Positions 8,907 through 18,526 of a stretch of DNA of 64,000 nt are shown one piece after another. Position numbers and translations under genes: made by a program. The number at the start of each line of letters is the position of its first letter. The first letter of the stretch is position 1. The DNA comes from Ignavibacteriales bacterium. GTDB lineage: Bacteria > Bacteroidota > Ignavibacteria > UBA10030. The notes beneath the pieces are model-generated. The model saw nothing but the letters and a program-made list of their open reading frames with translations. It was not told the origin of the DNA and did not search any database. Where the stretch lies: NCBI GenBank assembly GCA_037446575.1, contig JBBIII010000004.1:9583-73582 (forward strand), given 5' to 3'.

Positions 8907-9943
8907 TACTCCTTTATTGCTTGAATTAGCAAAGAGTTTTCTTCAGGCGTGCCAACTGTTATGCGCAAACAATTTTGCAGAAGTGGCTCATTGCTTCTGT
9001 TACGCACGATTATATTTCGTTCAGCCAGGTAACGATAAAGCGCATTTGCATCTTTACATCGCGCCACTAAAAAATTTGCATCTGACGGAAAGACTTGCTC
9101 AACGCAAGATATACTTTTTAGCTGATTAGTTAAATTAGCTCGTTCTTTTATAATCGCTTCGATTTTATTTCTTGCTTCATTTTCTTTCTGCAAAGCTTCG
9201 ATAGCCATTTTACTTGTGAGTGCATTTATATTGTATGGAGCTTTAACTTTCAAAAAATACGAAATCACATTTTTATCGGCAATTGCGTAACCAAGCCGTA
9301 TCCCAGCCAATCCCCATGCCTTTGATAGCGTTCTCATTACAATCAGATTCGGGATTGAAAGAACCTGAGAGCCAAGCGATGCAGTTTTAGCAAAGTCTAT
9401 ATAAGCTTCATCAACTACTACAATTGCTCCCAAATTGCACAATTCGAGAATATCCTCCGTCCTCAATAAATTAGATGTTGGATTGTTTGGAGAACAGCAG
9501 AATATAAGTTTTGTTGATGGATCAAACTGTTGTTTAACTTTTGTTAAATCAATTTGAAAATCTTTTGTAAGCAAACATGAGCGTACATTCACATTTTGAA
9601 TATTTGCCGCTACCCGATACATTCCGTATGTTGGCTCGAGCAATAAAACGGAATCTTTTTTCGGCTCACAAAATATCCGCATAAGCAAATCTATTACTTC
9701 ATCTGAACCGACGCCGACAAAGACATTATCCATTGTAACCATACTGCGTTCTGCAAGAAGCGAACGAAGTTCACGTTGAAAAGGATCGGGATAACGATGA
9801 AGCATTATAGATTCGCTTTCAATAACGCTCCCGAAAGAATTCTCGTTAGCATCCAACAGTACTCCGGTCAAATAATCTTGACGCGCGCTGTGATATGGCT
9901 TTAATGCACGAATATTTTCACGAACTAAAAAATTTATATCCAT
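8897..9943 (-). CDS. hisC: Histidinol-phosphate aminotransferase HisC
   Basis: A class-II aminotransferase fold with a 'SKAWGLAGIRLGY' PLP-lysine region; its position in the operon fits. Confidence 0.85.
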   Translation of the reverse strand: MDINFLVRENIRALKPYHSARQDYLTGVLLDANENSFGSVIESESIMLHRYPDPFQRELRSLLAERSMVTMDNVFVGVGSDEVIDLLMRIFCEPKKDSVLLLEPTYGMYRVAANIQNVNVRSCLLTKDFQIDLTKVKQQFDPSTKLIFCCSPNNPTSNLLRTEDILELCNLGAIVVVDEAYIDFAKTASLGSQVLSIPNLIVMRTLSKAWGLAGIRLGYAIADKNVISYFLKVKAPYNINALTSKMAIEALQKENEARNKIEAIIKERANLTNQLKSISCVEQVFPSDANFLVARCKDANALYRYLAERNIIVRNRSNEPLLQNCLRITVGTPEENSLLIQAIKEYCR

Positions 9944-9951
9944 AAATATTT

Positions 9952-11244
9952 TTACTTTATTTCCAGACGCGAAGTAACTGCACGACTATGCGCTTGCAGT
10001 CCTTCTGATTTTGCTAATATCGTAAGCGCTGGAGCGAGTCTTTCTAAACCATTTTTTGTTAAGAGCTGAAATGTTATATTTTTTTGAAAACTGTCTAAAG
10101 AAACACCGCTTGCCCAGCGCGCAGTGCCGGAGGTTGGCAATGTATGATTTGTGCCAGAAGCATAATCGCCCGCCGTTACAGGTGAAAACTCACCAACAAA
10201 CACAGACCCTGCATTTTTGATAAACGGGACAAACGATTCTGGATTATTGATATTTAGAATCAAATGCTCCGGCGCATATTGATTAGAAAAATCTATTGCC
10301 GATTGAAGCGAGTCAGTTACAAGAATATAACCTTGTTCTATTGATTTCTTTGCAATGTCAATACGAGGAAATTCATTAATGCGAATTAATAACTCTTGTA
10401 CAACAGCTTTAGCAAACGATTCGTCTGGAGTAACAAGTATTGATTGTGCGTCTGGATCATGCTCTGCCTGCGAAATTAAATCATAAGCGGTAACATCTGC
10501 ACGCGCCGATGAATCTGCAATTATTAATACTTCTGATGGTCCTGCTAACAAGTCGATAGCGGTTCCATACGGATCGGTTGAAATAAATTGTTTTGCGGAT
10601 GCAACAAATTTATTTCCGGGACCAAATATTTTTTCAACTTTTGGAATTGTTTCGGTTCCATAAGCCATTGCGGCAATTGCTTGAGCGCCTCCAATTTTAT
10701 AAATTTCTTTTATGCCGATTATTGAAGCGGCAGATAAAACATGAGGATCAATCGAACCATTCGATTTAGGAGGAGAGCAAAGAATAATTCTCGAACATCC
10801 TGCAAGTATTGCTGGAATTCCGAGCATCAACACTGTAGAAGGCAGTGGAGCCGAACCCGCTGGCACATATAGTCCTACTGATTCAATTGGTCTCGATTCG
10901 CGCCAGCAAGTTACGCCGGACGTTGTTTCGATTTTCTGAGAATTGATTTTCTGTGATTCGTGAAATATTCGAATATTAGAAACTGCAACTTTAATAGCAG
11001 ATATAAATTCGTTTGATACTGAATTCAGCGCTAACTTTACTTCATCTTCAGAAACACGAAACTCGTTTATATCAATGTCATCAAATTTCTTAGAATAATT
11101 TCTTGCCGCCTGATCTCCATGATTTTTTACATCAATACAAATATTCCTAACAGTTGAAATGACTTCATATTGCAACTGACTTGGCCTTGTAAGAAGATTC
11201 TGAAGTTCTTCTTTGGTCAATCTATTTTCATAAAATATTTTCAT
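9952..11244 (-). CDS. hisD: Histidinol dehydrogenase HisD
   Basis: 430 aa with HisD signature segments (…GPGNKFVA…, …SQAEHDP…). Confidence 0.9.
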   Translation of the reverse strand: MKIFYENRLTKEELQNLLTRPSQLQYEVISTVRNICIDVKNHGDQAARNYSKKFDDIDINEFRVSEDEVKLALNSVSNEFISAIKVAVSNIRIFHESQKINSQKIETTSGVTCWRESRPIESVGLYVPAGSAPLPSTVLMLGIPAILAGCSRIILCSPPKSNGSIDPHVLSAASIIGIKEIYKIGGAQAIAAMAYGTETIPKVEKIFGPGNKFVASAKQFISTDPYGTAIDLLAGPSEVLIIADSSARADVTAYDLISQAEHDPDAQSILVTPDESFAKAVVQELLIRINEFPRIDIAKKSIEQGYILVTDSLQSAIDFSNQYAPEHLILNINNPESFVPFIKNAGSVFVGEFSPVTAGDYASGTNHTLPTSGTARWASGVSLDSFQKNITFQLLTKNGLERLAPALTILAKSEGLQAHSRAVTSRLEIK

Positions 11245-12116
11245 CGGATAATGGTTTCAATAGGGACAACTATAATATCGCTTGCGCCGGCTTTTTTTAA
11301 TTTTTCCATTACATCCCAGAAAATATCCTCGGCAACTACAGAGTGTATTGCTACCATTCCTGTATCTGCCAGCGGCATAACTGTCGGACTTTTCAGACTC
11401 GGTATAACTTTTTTCAATTTTTCTACAGACGATGATGGAGCATTCATCATAAGATAACGTTTACCGCGTGCTTCTTGCGAGCCGCGCACACGAATCATCA
11501 ACCGGTCAATTAATTGACGTTTCTTTTTATCTTGCATCGCTTCTCGGTTAGCAACAAGAACTGCTTCAGATTGCAGCACGGCGCAAATTGTTCTAAGATT
11601 GTTCATCTTTGCGGTCGTACCTGTGGAAACTAAGTCGCAAATAGCGTCGGCAACATTAAGACTGGGAGCAAGTTCAACTGAACCGCTTAGTTCTATAATT
11701 TCAGCTTTCACTTTATGCGCCTTCAGAAAAGATTTAAGTATTACCGGATACGTTGTTCCTATGCGCTTATACTTTAAATCGGAAATATTTCTAATTTTTG
11801 ATCGCTGAGGCACGCTGATCATTAATTTGCATTCGCCAAAGCCGAGATGCGAAAGCAACTGCACTCGGGCTTTTCGTTCAAGCAATATGTTTTCCCCTGC
11901 TATTCCAAGATCAGCAACGCCATCTTGCACATATTCAGGGATATCGTCATCTCTAATTGCCAGAACATCTAATTCATAGTTGCGGCAAGGCGAATATAGA
12001 CTTTGTCTTTGAAATTCAAAATCCAATCCGCAGGCGCGTAACAACGCAACTGAATCGTCGGTTAATCGTCCGTTGCGCTGTATTGCTATTTTCATTCTTC
12101 CGTTAGTCGCTAACAT
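11241..12116 (-). CDS. hisG: ATP phosphoribosyltransferase HisG (long form)
   Basis: 291 aa; the HisG catalytic region is followed by a C-terminal regulatory domain. It is the first his gene. Confidence 0.9.
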   Translation of the reverse strand: MLATNGRMKIAIQRNGRLTDDSVALLRACGLDFEFQRQSLYSPCRNYELDVLAIRDDDIPEYVQDGVADLGIAGENILLERKARVQLLSHLGFGECKLMISVPQRSKIRNISDLKYKRIGTTYPVILKSFLKAHKVKAEIIELSGSVELAPSLNVADAICDLVSTGTTAKMNNLRTICAVLQSEAVLVANREAMQDKKKRQLIDRLMIRVRGSQEARGKRYLMMNAPSSSVEKLKKVIPSLKSPTVMPLADTGMVAIHSVVAEDIFWDVMEKLKKAGASDIIVVPIETIIR

Positions 12117-12151
12117 ACTTTATCATGATAAAGTGATTAATCCAAAAAAAA

Positions 12152-12436
12152 TTATTTTGCTGTTCGTTTTAACATCATTGCATAACCGCCCTTGCCGTTT
12201 TTCATCCAGCGTGCAACACGTGCAATTGTGCGAGTGCTAAGTCCGGTTTCTTCTTCTATCTTAGTATATGGAATACCTTCGGCGAGCATACGCGCCGCTT
12301 TCCATCTTTCCACGAATTCTTTTATTTCATATTCCGTTAAAAGATCGCGGAAAAATTTATGGCATTCATCCAGATTCTTCAATTGGAGAATTACGTTATA
12401 AAGTTCGTCTATTTCTTTTGCGCTTGGTTTCTTCAT
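12152..12436 (-). CDS. TrpR-related YerC/YecD family DNA-binding protein
   Basis: 94 aa; '…ARMLAEGIPYTKIEEETGLSTRTIARVARW…GKGGY' matches the YerC/YecD (TrpR-like HTH) family. It lies 35 bp upstream of hisG on the same strand. Confidence 0.75.
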   Translation of the reverse strand: MKKPSAKEIDELYNVILQLKNLDECHKFFRDLLTEYEIKEFVERWKAARMLAEGIPYTKIEEETGLSTRTIARVARWMKNGKGGYAMMLKRTAK

Positions 12437-12677
12437 AATCCTAATACTTTACTGAAATAAAGATGCGTTTTTTTTTATAAAGTGTCAAGCTTTATTTTAT
12501 AAAATATTTCTAAATGGATTGCTTACTAAAGGTAAGAAATTTTAATGGCTTCTTTTTAAGCAAAAACTTGCCCGTTTGTCAAAACTTTTATAATTTGAAC
12601 ATGAATTAATCAATTTTCAGTAATCAATTATCATTATTTTTAAATAATTAAACAATAACAAATTAAGAATAGAAACC

Positions 12678-13424
12678 ATGAAACTTGCAGTTTGTATAAA
12701 CCATGTGCCTGATACTGCCGCAAAAATAAGTATATCGGCAGATGGAAAAAATATAGAAAAAACAGGCGTTACATACGTGCTTAATCCTTACGATGAATTT
12801 GCGATTGAAGAATGTCTTAGACTCAAGGAGAAGTACACAGGGGAAGTAATAGCAATTTCTCTTGGCGGTGATGCGCATAAAGAAACTTTGCGAAAAGCAT
12901 TGGCAATGGGCGTAGATAAAGCAGTTCTATTAAAAGATGAAAACGCGCGCGATTCATTTGCCGTTGCCTTTGGTATTGCAGAATATCTGAAAGAAATTTC
13001 ACCTGATGTTATTTTCTTCGGAAAGCAATCTGTAGATTTTGATGATGCAGCTGTTGGTACAATGGTTGCCGAAATGCTGAATCTTCCTTCCGTTTCAGTT
13101 GCCGTAAAATTGGAAATTTCAAATAATTCGGTTAAAGTAGAACGCGAAATAGAAGGTGGAAAGGAAATTGTTGAAGTTACATTGCCTGCAGTTTTTACCG
13201 CGCAAAAAGGATTAAATGAACCAAGATATCCGGCTTTGAAAGGAATCATGGCGGCTAAAAGCAAACCGATTGAAGAAAGAATTCTTACATCTGTCGATTC
13301 AAAAACAGAAGTTATTAAGATGTATAAACCGCATTCAAAAAACGCCGGTAAAATAGTTGGGACCGATGTAAGCGCGGTTTCAGAATTAGTCCGCTTGTTG
13401 CGCGAAGAAGCAAAGGTGATCTAA
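12678..13424 (+). CDS. etfB: Electron transfer flavoprotein beta subunit
   Basis: 'MKLAVCINHVPDT' and ETF-beta family conservation. Confidence 0.9.
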   Translation: MKLAVCINHVPDTAAKISISADGKNIEKTGVTYVLNPYDEFAIEECLRLKEKYTGEVIAISLGGDAHKETLRKALAMGVDKAVLLKDENARDSFAVAFGIAEYLKEISPDVIFFGKQSVDFDDAAVGTMVAEMLNLPSVSVAVKLEISNNSVKVEREIEGGKEIVEVTLPAVFTAQKGLNEPRYPALKGIMAAKSKPIEERILTSVDSKTEVIKMYKPHSKNAGKIVGTDVSAVSELVRLLREEAKVI

Positions 13425-13481
13425 ATTAGCAACAATAACTTTGAATGAAGGAAATTATTAACTATTAACTTTGGAATTGAA

Positions 13482-14456
13482 ATGAAAATTTTAGCATTCG
13501 CAGAACAAAGAGATAATAAATTAAAGAAATCAGCTTTTGAGGTAGTTAGAACAGCGCGGATTATTGCTGATATGTCTGGCGCCGACGTTGTTGCACTATT
13601 AATAGGAAATCAAATCCGAGGATTAGCCGGAGAACTTGGAGGTTTCGGAGCGCAAAAAGTTATTACAGTTGAAGATCAAAAATTAGAAAAATATTCTTCT
13701 ACTGCATATGCAAAAATAATTGCTGAGGTTGCAAAAAAAGAACAAGCCGATATCATTTTTTTACCGGCAACCGCTATAGGAAAAGATTGCGCGCCGCGTG
13801 TTGCGGTTAAACTCGATGCCGGTCTTGCCTCCGATTGCACAGCTTTAAAAATTGAAAATGGCGAGCTAATAGCTACGCGCCCTATTTATGCGAGTAAGTT
13901 ATTAACAGATGTCAAAATAAATTCTCACGTAAAGATATTTACATTGCGTCCGAAAGTTTTTCCGACAGGAAATAGCAGTGGTTCTTCCTCAAACATAGAA
14001 TCTTTAAATATTGCATTGTCAGATGTAGATTTTGCCTCACATGTAAAGGAAATAAATCAGGCATCAGGAAAATTAGATGTAGCAGAAGCAGATATAATAG
14101 TATCTGGCGGACGCGGATTGAAAGGTCCAGAAAATTTTAATTTGATTGAAGAATTGGCAAGCGTTGTAGGCGCGGCTACAGGCGCATCACGAGCCGCGGT
14201 GGACGCAGGTTGGCGTCCGCATTCGGAACAAATCGGTCAGACCGGAAAGACAGTATCGCCAACTCTATATTTTGCAGTAGGTATTTCGGGGGCAATACAA
14301 CATCTTGCAGGTATGTCATCCTCGAAGTATATTGTAGCTATAAATAAGGATAAAGACGCTCCAATTTTTCAAGTTGCTGATTACGGAATTGTTGCCGACG
14401 CGATTGAAGTACTTCCGGCATTAACACAAGAATTAAAAAAACTTCTTGGGAAATAA
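13482..14456 (+). CDS. etfA: Electron transfer flavoprotein alpha subunit
   Basis: The ETF-alpha FAD-binding C-terminal region (…[10 protein letters not shown]…) is present; the gene follows etfB. Confidence 0.9.
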   Translation: MKILAFAEQRDNKLKKSAFEVVRTARIIADMSGADVVALLIGNQIRGLAGELGGFGAQKVITVEDQKLEKYSSTAYAKIIAEVAKKEQADIIFLPATAIGKDCAPRVAVKLDAGLASDCTALKIENGELIATRPIYASKLLTDVKINSHVKIFTLRPKVFPTGNSSGSSSNIESLNIALSDVDFASHVKEINQASGKLDVAEADIIVSGGRGLKGPENFNLIEELASVVGAATGASRAAVDAGWRPHSEQIGQTGKTVSPTLYFAVGISGAIQHLAGMSSSKYIVAINKDKDAPIFQVADYGIVADAIEVLPALTQELKKLLGK

Positions 14457-14458
14457 AA

Positions 14459-15049
14459 ATGTCTGACGAAGAAAAAGTACAAGTAGACATAATGGGATTA
14501 TCGAGTAGTCAATCTAGCGGAGGCGCGTATGCATTGATTTTAAAAGAGGTCAATGGCGATAGACGCTTGCCAATAATTATAGGCGCATTCGAGGCGCAGT
14601 CGATTGCGTTAGAAATTGAAGGCATTAAACCGCCTCGTCCTCTTACGCACGATTTACTGAAGAATGTTATTGAATTGTTAGGCGGGGATTTAGTTAATGT
14701 GTTTATAAATGATCTTCGAGACGGCACTTTTTTTGCGCGCCTCGAACTTGAAACGCAAGGAATTGATTCGAGACCGAGCGATGCAATTGCTTTAGCTGTA
14801 AGATTTGGCGTTCCAATTTATGTTGCTGAGAAGGTCATGGACGAGGCATCGTTTATAGCAGAAAGTGAAGAAAGCGAAAAGCAAACCGGCTCAATTCCCA
14901 AGATTGGCCAAAAAGAAGCAGATAAACCAAAACTTACAGAACGCGAGCAACTTGAGAAAAAACTAAATGACGCGATCTTAAAAGAAGATTACGAAAAAGC
15001 GGCGCAACTTCGTGATGAACTAAAAAAATTACAAGCGCGTAATTCCTAA
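14459..15049 (+). CDS. Bifunctional nuclease (BFN/DUF151) family protein with a C-terminal UVR motif
   Basis: A BFN-like core (…PIIIGAFEAQSIALEI…THDL…) is followed by a C-terminal 'DYEKAAQLRDELKKLQ' UvrB/UvrC-type helix. It starts 3 nt after etfA. Confidence 0.7.
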   Translation: MSDEEKVQVDIMGLSSSQSSGGAYALILKEVNGDRRLPIIIGAFEAQSIALEIEGIKPPRPLTHDLLKNVIELLGGDLVNVFINDLRDGTFFARLELETQGIDSRPSDAIALAVRFGVPIYVAEKVMDEASFIAESEESEKQTGSIPKIGQKEADKPKLTEREQLEKKLNDAILKEDYEKAAQLRDELKKLQARNS

Positions 15050-15088
15050 ATACCATTAATATCACTTCTTAATCAAAGGAGGATTACA

Positions 15089-15883
15089 TTGAAACACTTT
15101 AAAATATTTTTCCTGTACTTGTGTGTTGCTCTTCTCTTAATTTTCATGCAAAGAGCTAATGCTTTACTAATTGATTCGAGCAAAGTGAGCACACTTATTA
15201 GCGAAGGAGATAACTTTGCTGAAAAAGTTTTTGATAATCAGAATGCTCTCGATAAATATAACGAAGCTTTAAAATTATCGCCGAATAATTTTGAAATATT
15301 ATGGAAACTAAGCCGTGCCTATGTTGATATAGGCGAGCATTTGCCTACAAAAACAGATGCGGAAAAACAAAAACAATTGGAATTTTATGAGAAATCTTTA
15401 GAGTATGCAAAGAAAGCTGTAGAGGTTAATCCGAATGGTGCAATGGGATATACTCGTGTAGCCATAGCGAATGGACGCATAGCGCTTTTCCGCGGTGTGT
15501 TTGAATCTCTGAGTTTAGTGAAGCAAGTTAAAGCGGACTGTGAGAAGGCAATCTTGTTAGATGCCAATGAACCTGCAGCGTACTACGTCTTAGGTAGAAC
15601 GCATGTAAAACTTTGCGAAAAACCAAAATTTGTTCGATGGCCTCTCGGAATTGGTTGGGCAAATATGGATGATGCAATCAAGAATTATGAGAAATCAATT
15701 GAACTTCGTCCTACATTTATTATGTATCGACTCGATTGTGCTAAGGCATATATTGAAATGAAAGAATATGCAAAAGCTCGCGAGCATCTGACTAAAATTG
15801 CAACACTTCCTACGGAAGATGAAGATGACGATATCTTCAGGAAAGAAGCCGGTGAGTTGTTAGAAAAGATAAAAGGTAAATAA
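15089..15883 (+). CDS. Secreted tetratricopeptide-repeat protein
   Basis: An N-terminal signal-peptide-like hydrophobic segment and TPR-like 34-aa periodicity (…YNEALKLSPNNFEILWKLSRAYVDIGE…). Confidence 0.6.
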   Translation: MKHFKIFFLYLCVALLLIFMQRANALLIDSSKVSTLISEGDNFAEKVFDNQNALDKYNEALKLSPNNFEILWKLSRAYVDIGEHLPTKTDAEKQKQLEFYEKSLEYAKKAVEVNPNGAMGYTRVAIANGRIALFRGVFESLSLVKQVKADCEKAILLDANEPAAYYVLGRTHVKLCEKPKFVRWPLGIGWANMDDAIKNYEKSIELRPTFIMYRLDCAKAYIEMKEYAKAREHLTKIATLPTEDEDDDIFRKEAGELLEKIKGK

Positions 15884-15939
15884 CGAATAGCAATTTCGCA
15901 GGAAAGAATTAAGTTTAATAATTTGCTGTTTCATCTATA

Positions 15940-15980
15940 CCCGACATTTTACTTTCTATTCAAAAATGTCGGGTTTTTAT
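15940..15980 (+). terminator. Rho-independent terminator
   Basis: CCCGACATTTT-(12 nt)-AAAATGTCGGG followed by TTTTT. Confidence 0.7.
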
Positions 15981-16086
15981 TTACATTCAGTATGTTTATA
16001 TAAACTTCAACCGTTGCACAACGAATCATTTTTGGTTATCATACAGCAAATAAATATTGATTTTATAGTTTGTGAAAGGGTAATAA

Positions 16087-17268
16087 ATGGATCATCATAA
16101 AAAAGAGTGTCCCGGCAAAGAAAAATACCTTCAAGGAAAACGAGTTCTACCTAAACCTGTTTCACCGGAAATGAGTCTTGCATCTATTATTGATAATATG
16201 GATGCATATAACGGCGGCAGATTGCGTGCCGCCTGCCAATTAATGAAAGAAAAATATTCGCAGGATGATGTTACTATCGGGCTAAGCATCGCCGGAGCGC
16301 TAACTCCAGCCGGACTCGGACCTTCAACAATAATTCCTTTAATGAATCACGGCTTTGTTGACTGGCTTGTGGCTACCGGAGCAAACATGTATCACGACCT
16401 CCATTTTGCATTCAATATGCCCTTGTTTCGCGGCAGTCATAATGTTGATGATGCCGACTTGCGCGATAAAGGCGTTACAAGAATTTATGACATCCTGTTC
16501 GATTATCAAGATGTATTGATGGAGACAGATAAAATTTTGCGCAAAATAATGCTGCGTCCTGAATTTCAGAAGGAAATGGGCACACGAGAATTTTATCATC
16601 TTCTCGGAAAAGTAGTAGATGAATATGAACGAAAAAATAATATCGGTCAAGTAAGCGTTCTTGCCGCCGCTTATCGGAATGGTATTCCGGTTTTTACTTC
16701 ATCGCCAGGTGATTCTACAATCGGAATGAATGTAGCCGGATTGGAATTGCTTGCTGAAGCATCGGGTTTGCTTGATAAATTTAAGCTGAAAATTAATCCG
16801 AGTATTGATGTGAATGATTCAACGGCAATTATTCTTAATGCAAAAAAATACGAAAACGGAAAAACCGGTGTACTACTTATAGGCGGCGGAAGTCCAAAGA
16901 ATTTTATGCTTCAAACAGAACCTCAAATTCAAGAAGTGCTTATGATACCGGAAGCTGGGCAGGATTACGACATCAACATCACCGATGCACGTCCCGATAC
17001 AGGTGGACTTTCTGGCGCGCCACCAAGTGAAGCGGCAAGCTGGGGTAAAATAGACCCATCTAAATTAGATGAAACAGTAACAGCTTACATTGATGTTACT
17101 GTTGCTTTTCCGCTATTAGCGGCATACGTAATTCAAACAACAAAACCTAAAAAATTGAAACGTTTATATGATAGAGGCGCAGAACTTCGACAAAAACTTA
17201 TCAAATCTTATCTTGAAAATAATAAAGAAGTTGAAGAGCTAAGGGCTCTCATAAAAAAACTTATTTAA
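16087..17268 (+). CDS. Deoxyhypusine synthase family protein (possible homospermidine-synthase-like)
   Basis: 393 aa; a DHS-like NAD-binding fold ('…GLSIAGALTPAG…', '…LLIGGGSPKNF…'). Confidence 0.7.
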   Translation: MDHHKKECPGKEKYLQGKRVLPKPVSPEMSLASIIDNMDAYNGGRLRAACQLMKEKYSQDDVTIGLSIAGALTPAGLGPSTIIPLMNHGFVDWLVATGANMYHDLHFAFNMPLFRGSHNVDDADLRDKGVTRIYDILFDYQDVLMETDKILRKIMLRPEFQKEMGTREFYHLLGKVVDEYERKNNIGQVSVLAAAYRNGIPVFTSSPGDSTIGMNVAGLELLAEASGLLDKFKLKINPSIDVNDSTAIILNAKKYENGKTGVLLIGGGSPKNFMLQTEPQIQEVLMIPEAGQDYDINITDARPDTGGLSGAPPSEAASWGKIDPSKLDETVTAYIDVTVAFPLLAAYVIQTTKPKKLKRLYDRGAELRQKLIKSYLENNKEVEELRALIKKLI

Positions 17269-17351
17269 TAATAATGAAAACCGCTAAGAACGCCAGCAAT
17301 CACAAAGGGTATCCCTTGTGATTTGGGATATCTTATTTTATAGGACAGAAT

Positions 17352-18485
17352 ATGAAAGAAGAACTTCTAAAATTAGTCGCTAAGCATGGATCGCCTTTGT
17401 GCATTCTTGACCACGAAAAAATTCGAGAAAATTATAGGATATTCAAAAAGCATCTTCCGCGCATTCAATGTTATTACGCCGTAAAAGCAAATTCTACGCA
17501 GGAAATTATTGAAACGCTTTTTAAGGAAGGTTCGAGTTTCGATGTCGCTTCTTACAATGAATTCATGCAGGTCTATCAGTATATAATTAACTTCAAAGAG
17601 AAAGATAGAAAGCATTTCGTTTGGGATAAAATAATTTTTTCCAACACAATTAAGGATCGGCATACGCTTCAAAATATTAAGGAATATAAACCATTAGTTA
17701 CATATGATAATTTTGATGAAATCAAAAAGATTAAAACTTATTGCAATACGGCTGGGCTTGTATTACGACTAAAGGTTCCGGATACCGGTTCGCAAGTTGA
17801 GATGGCGTCGAAATTTGGGGCTGAACCAGCAGAAGCGTCAAAATTAATTCAACATGCGTTTGATGCAGGACTTACTGTTGAAGGTCTTAGTTTCCATGTC
17901 GGGAGTCAATGCACAAACTTTGATAATTATACCGAAGCGCTCGCAATTACATCAGAGATTTTTAACGATGCAAGGAAGAAAGGTTATAAGTTAAACATTG
18001 TTGATATTGGCGGTGGTTTTCCTGTTCCGTATGATCCGCAAGTTCCGGATTTTAAAAAACTTGCTGATATTTTAAATTCCGAAATTAAAAGACTTTTCCC
18101 AGACGATATAGAGATACTTGCCGAGCCAGGACGATTTATTGTAGCAACCGCCGCAACATTAGTTGCAGAAATTATTGGAAAAGCTAGAAGAGACGGAAAG
18201 GTATTTTATCACATTAACGATGGTGTTTATCATACTTTCTCAGGTGTAGTGTACGATCACTGGATTCCGAACTTCAATTCTTTTAGAAATGGATTTCAGG
18301 AAATATGCGCCATTGTCGGTCCCACCTGTGACAGCTTCGATAAAATTACTCTTGGAATTGCATTGCCGGGTGATTTAGAGGTTGGAGAATTTCTTTTTAC
18401 AGAAAATATAGGCGCTTACAGCACAGCGTCATCTACCAAATTCAATGGATTTGATGGAGCGAAAATAGTGCATAAAAACTTATAA
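17352..18485 (+). CDS. Type III PLP-dependent decarboxylase (Orn/DAP/Arg decarboxylase family 2)
   Basis: A 'YAVKAN' PLP-lysine motif and a 'GGGFPV' glycine-rich loop are present. Confidence 0.8.
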   Translation: MKEELLKLVAKHGSPLCILDHEKIRENYRIFKKHLPRIQCYYAVKANSTQEIIETLFKEGSSFDVASYNEFMQVYQYIINFKEKDRKHFVWDKIIFSNTIKDRHTLQNIKEYKPLVTYDNFDEIKKIKTYCNTAGLVLRLKVPDTGSQVEMASKFGAEPAEASKLIQHAFDAGLTVEGLSFHVGSQCTNFDNYTEALAITSEIFNDARKKGYKLNIVDIGGGFPVPYDPQVPDFKKLADILNSEIKRLFPDDIEILAEPGRFIVATAATLVAEIIGKARRDGKVFYHINDGVYHTFSGVVYDHWIPNFNSFRNGFQEICAIVGPTCDSFDKITLGIALPGDLEVGEFLFTENIGAYSTASSTKFNGFDGAKIVHKNL

Positions 18486-18526
18486 TTTTTTTGCACCAAC
18501 TATATTTCAAAGGTATATATTAATTA

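Noticed and set aside
12437-12677. Possible histidine leader peptide or T-box upstream of the yerC–his operon
   Set aside because: No short ORF with consecutive His codons on the minus strand and no T-box specifier/antiterminator pattern is recognisable. The region is simply AT-rich divergent promoter DNA shared with etfB.
12788-13264. 158-aa antisense ORF inside etfB, and the many other 60-110-aa antisense ORFs (e.g. 2892..3116, 3384..3836, 35065..35432, 38611..39399, 57476..57730, 60052..60276)
   Set aside because: All lie fully inside well-supported genes on the opposite strand, have low-complexity or Ser/Ala-rich translations and no RBS. They are the typical shadow ORFs of a low-GC genome.
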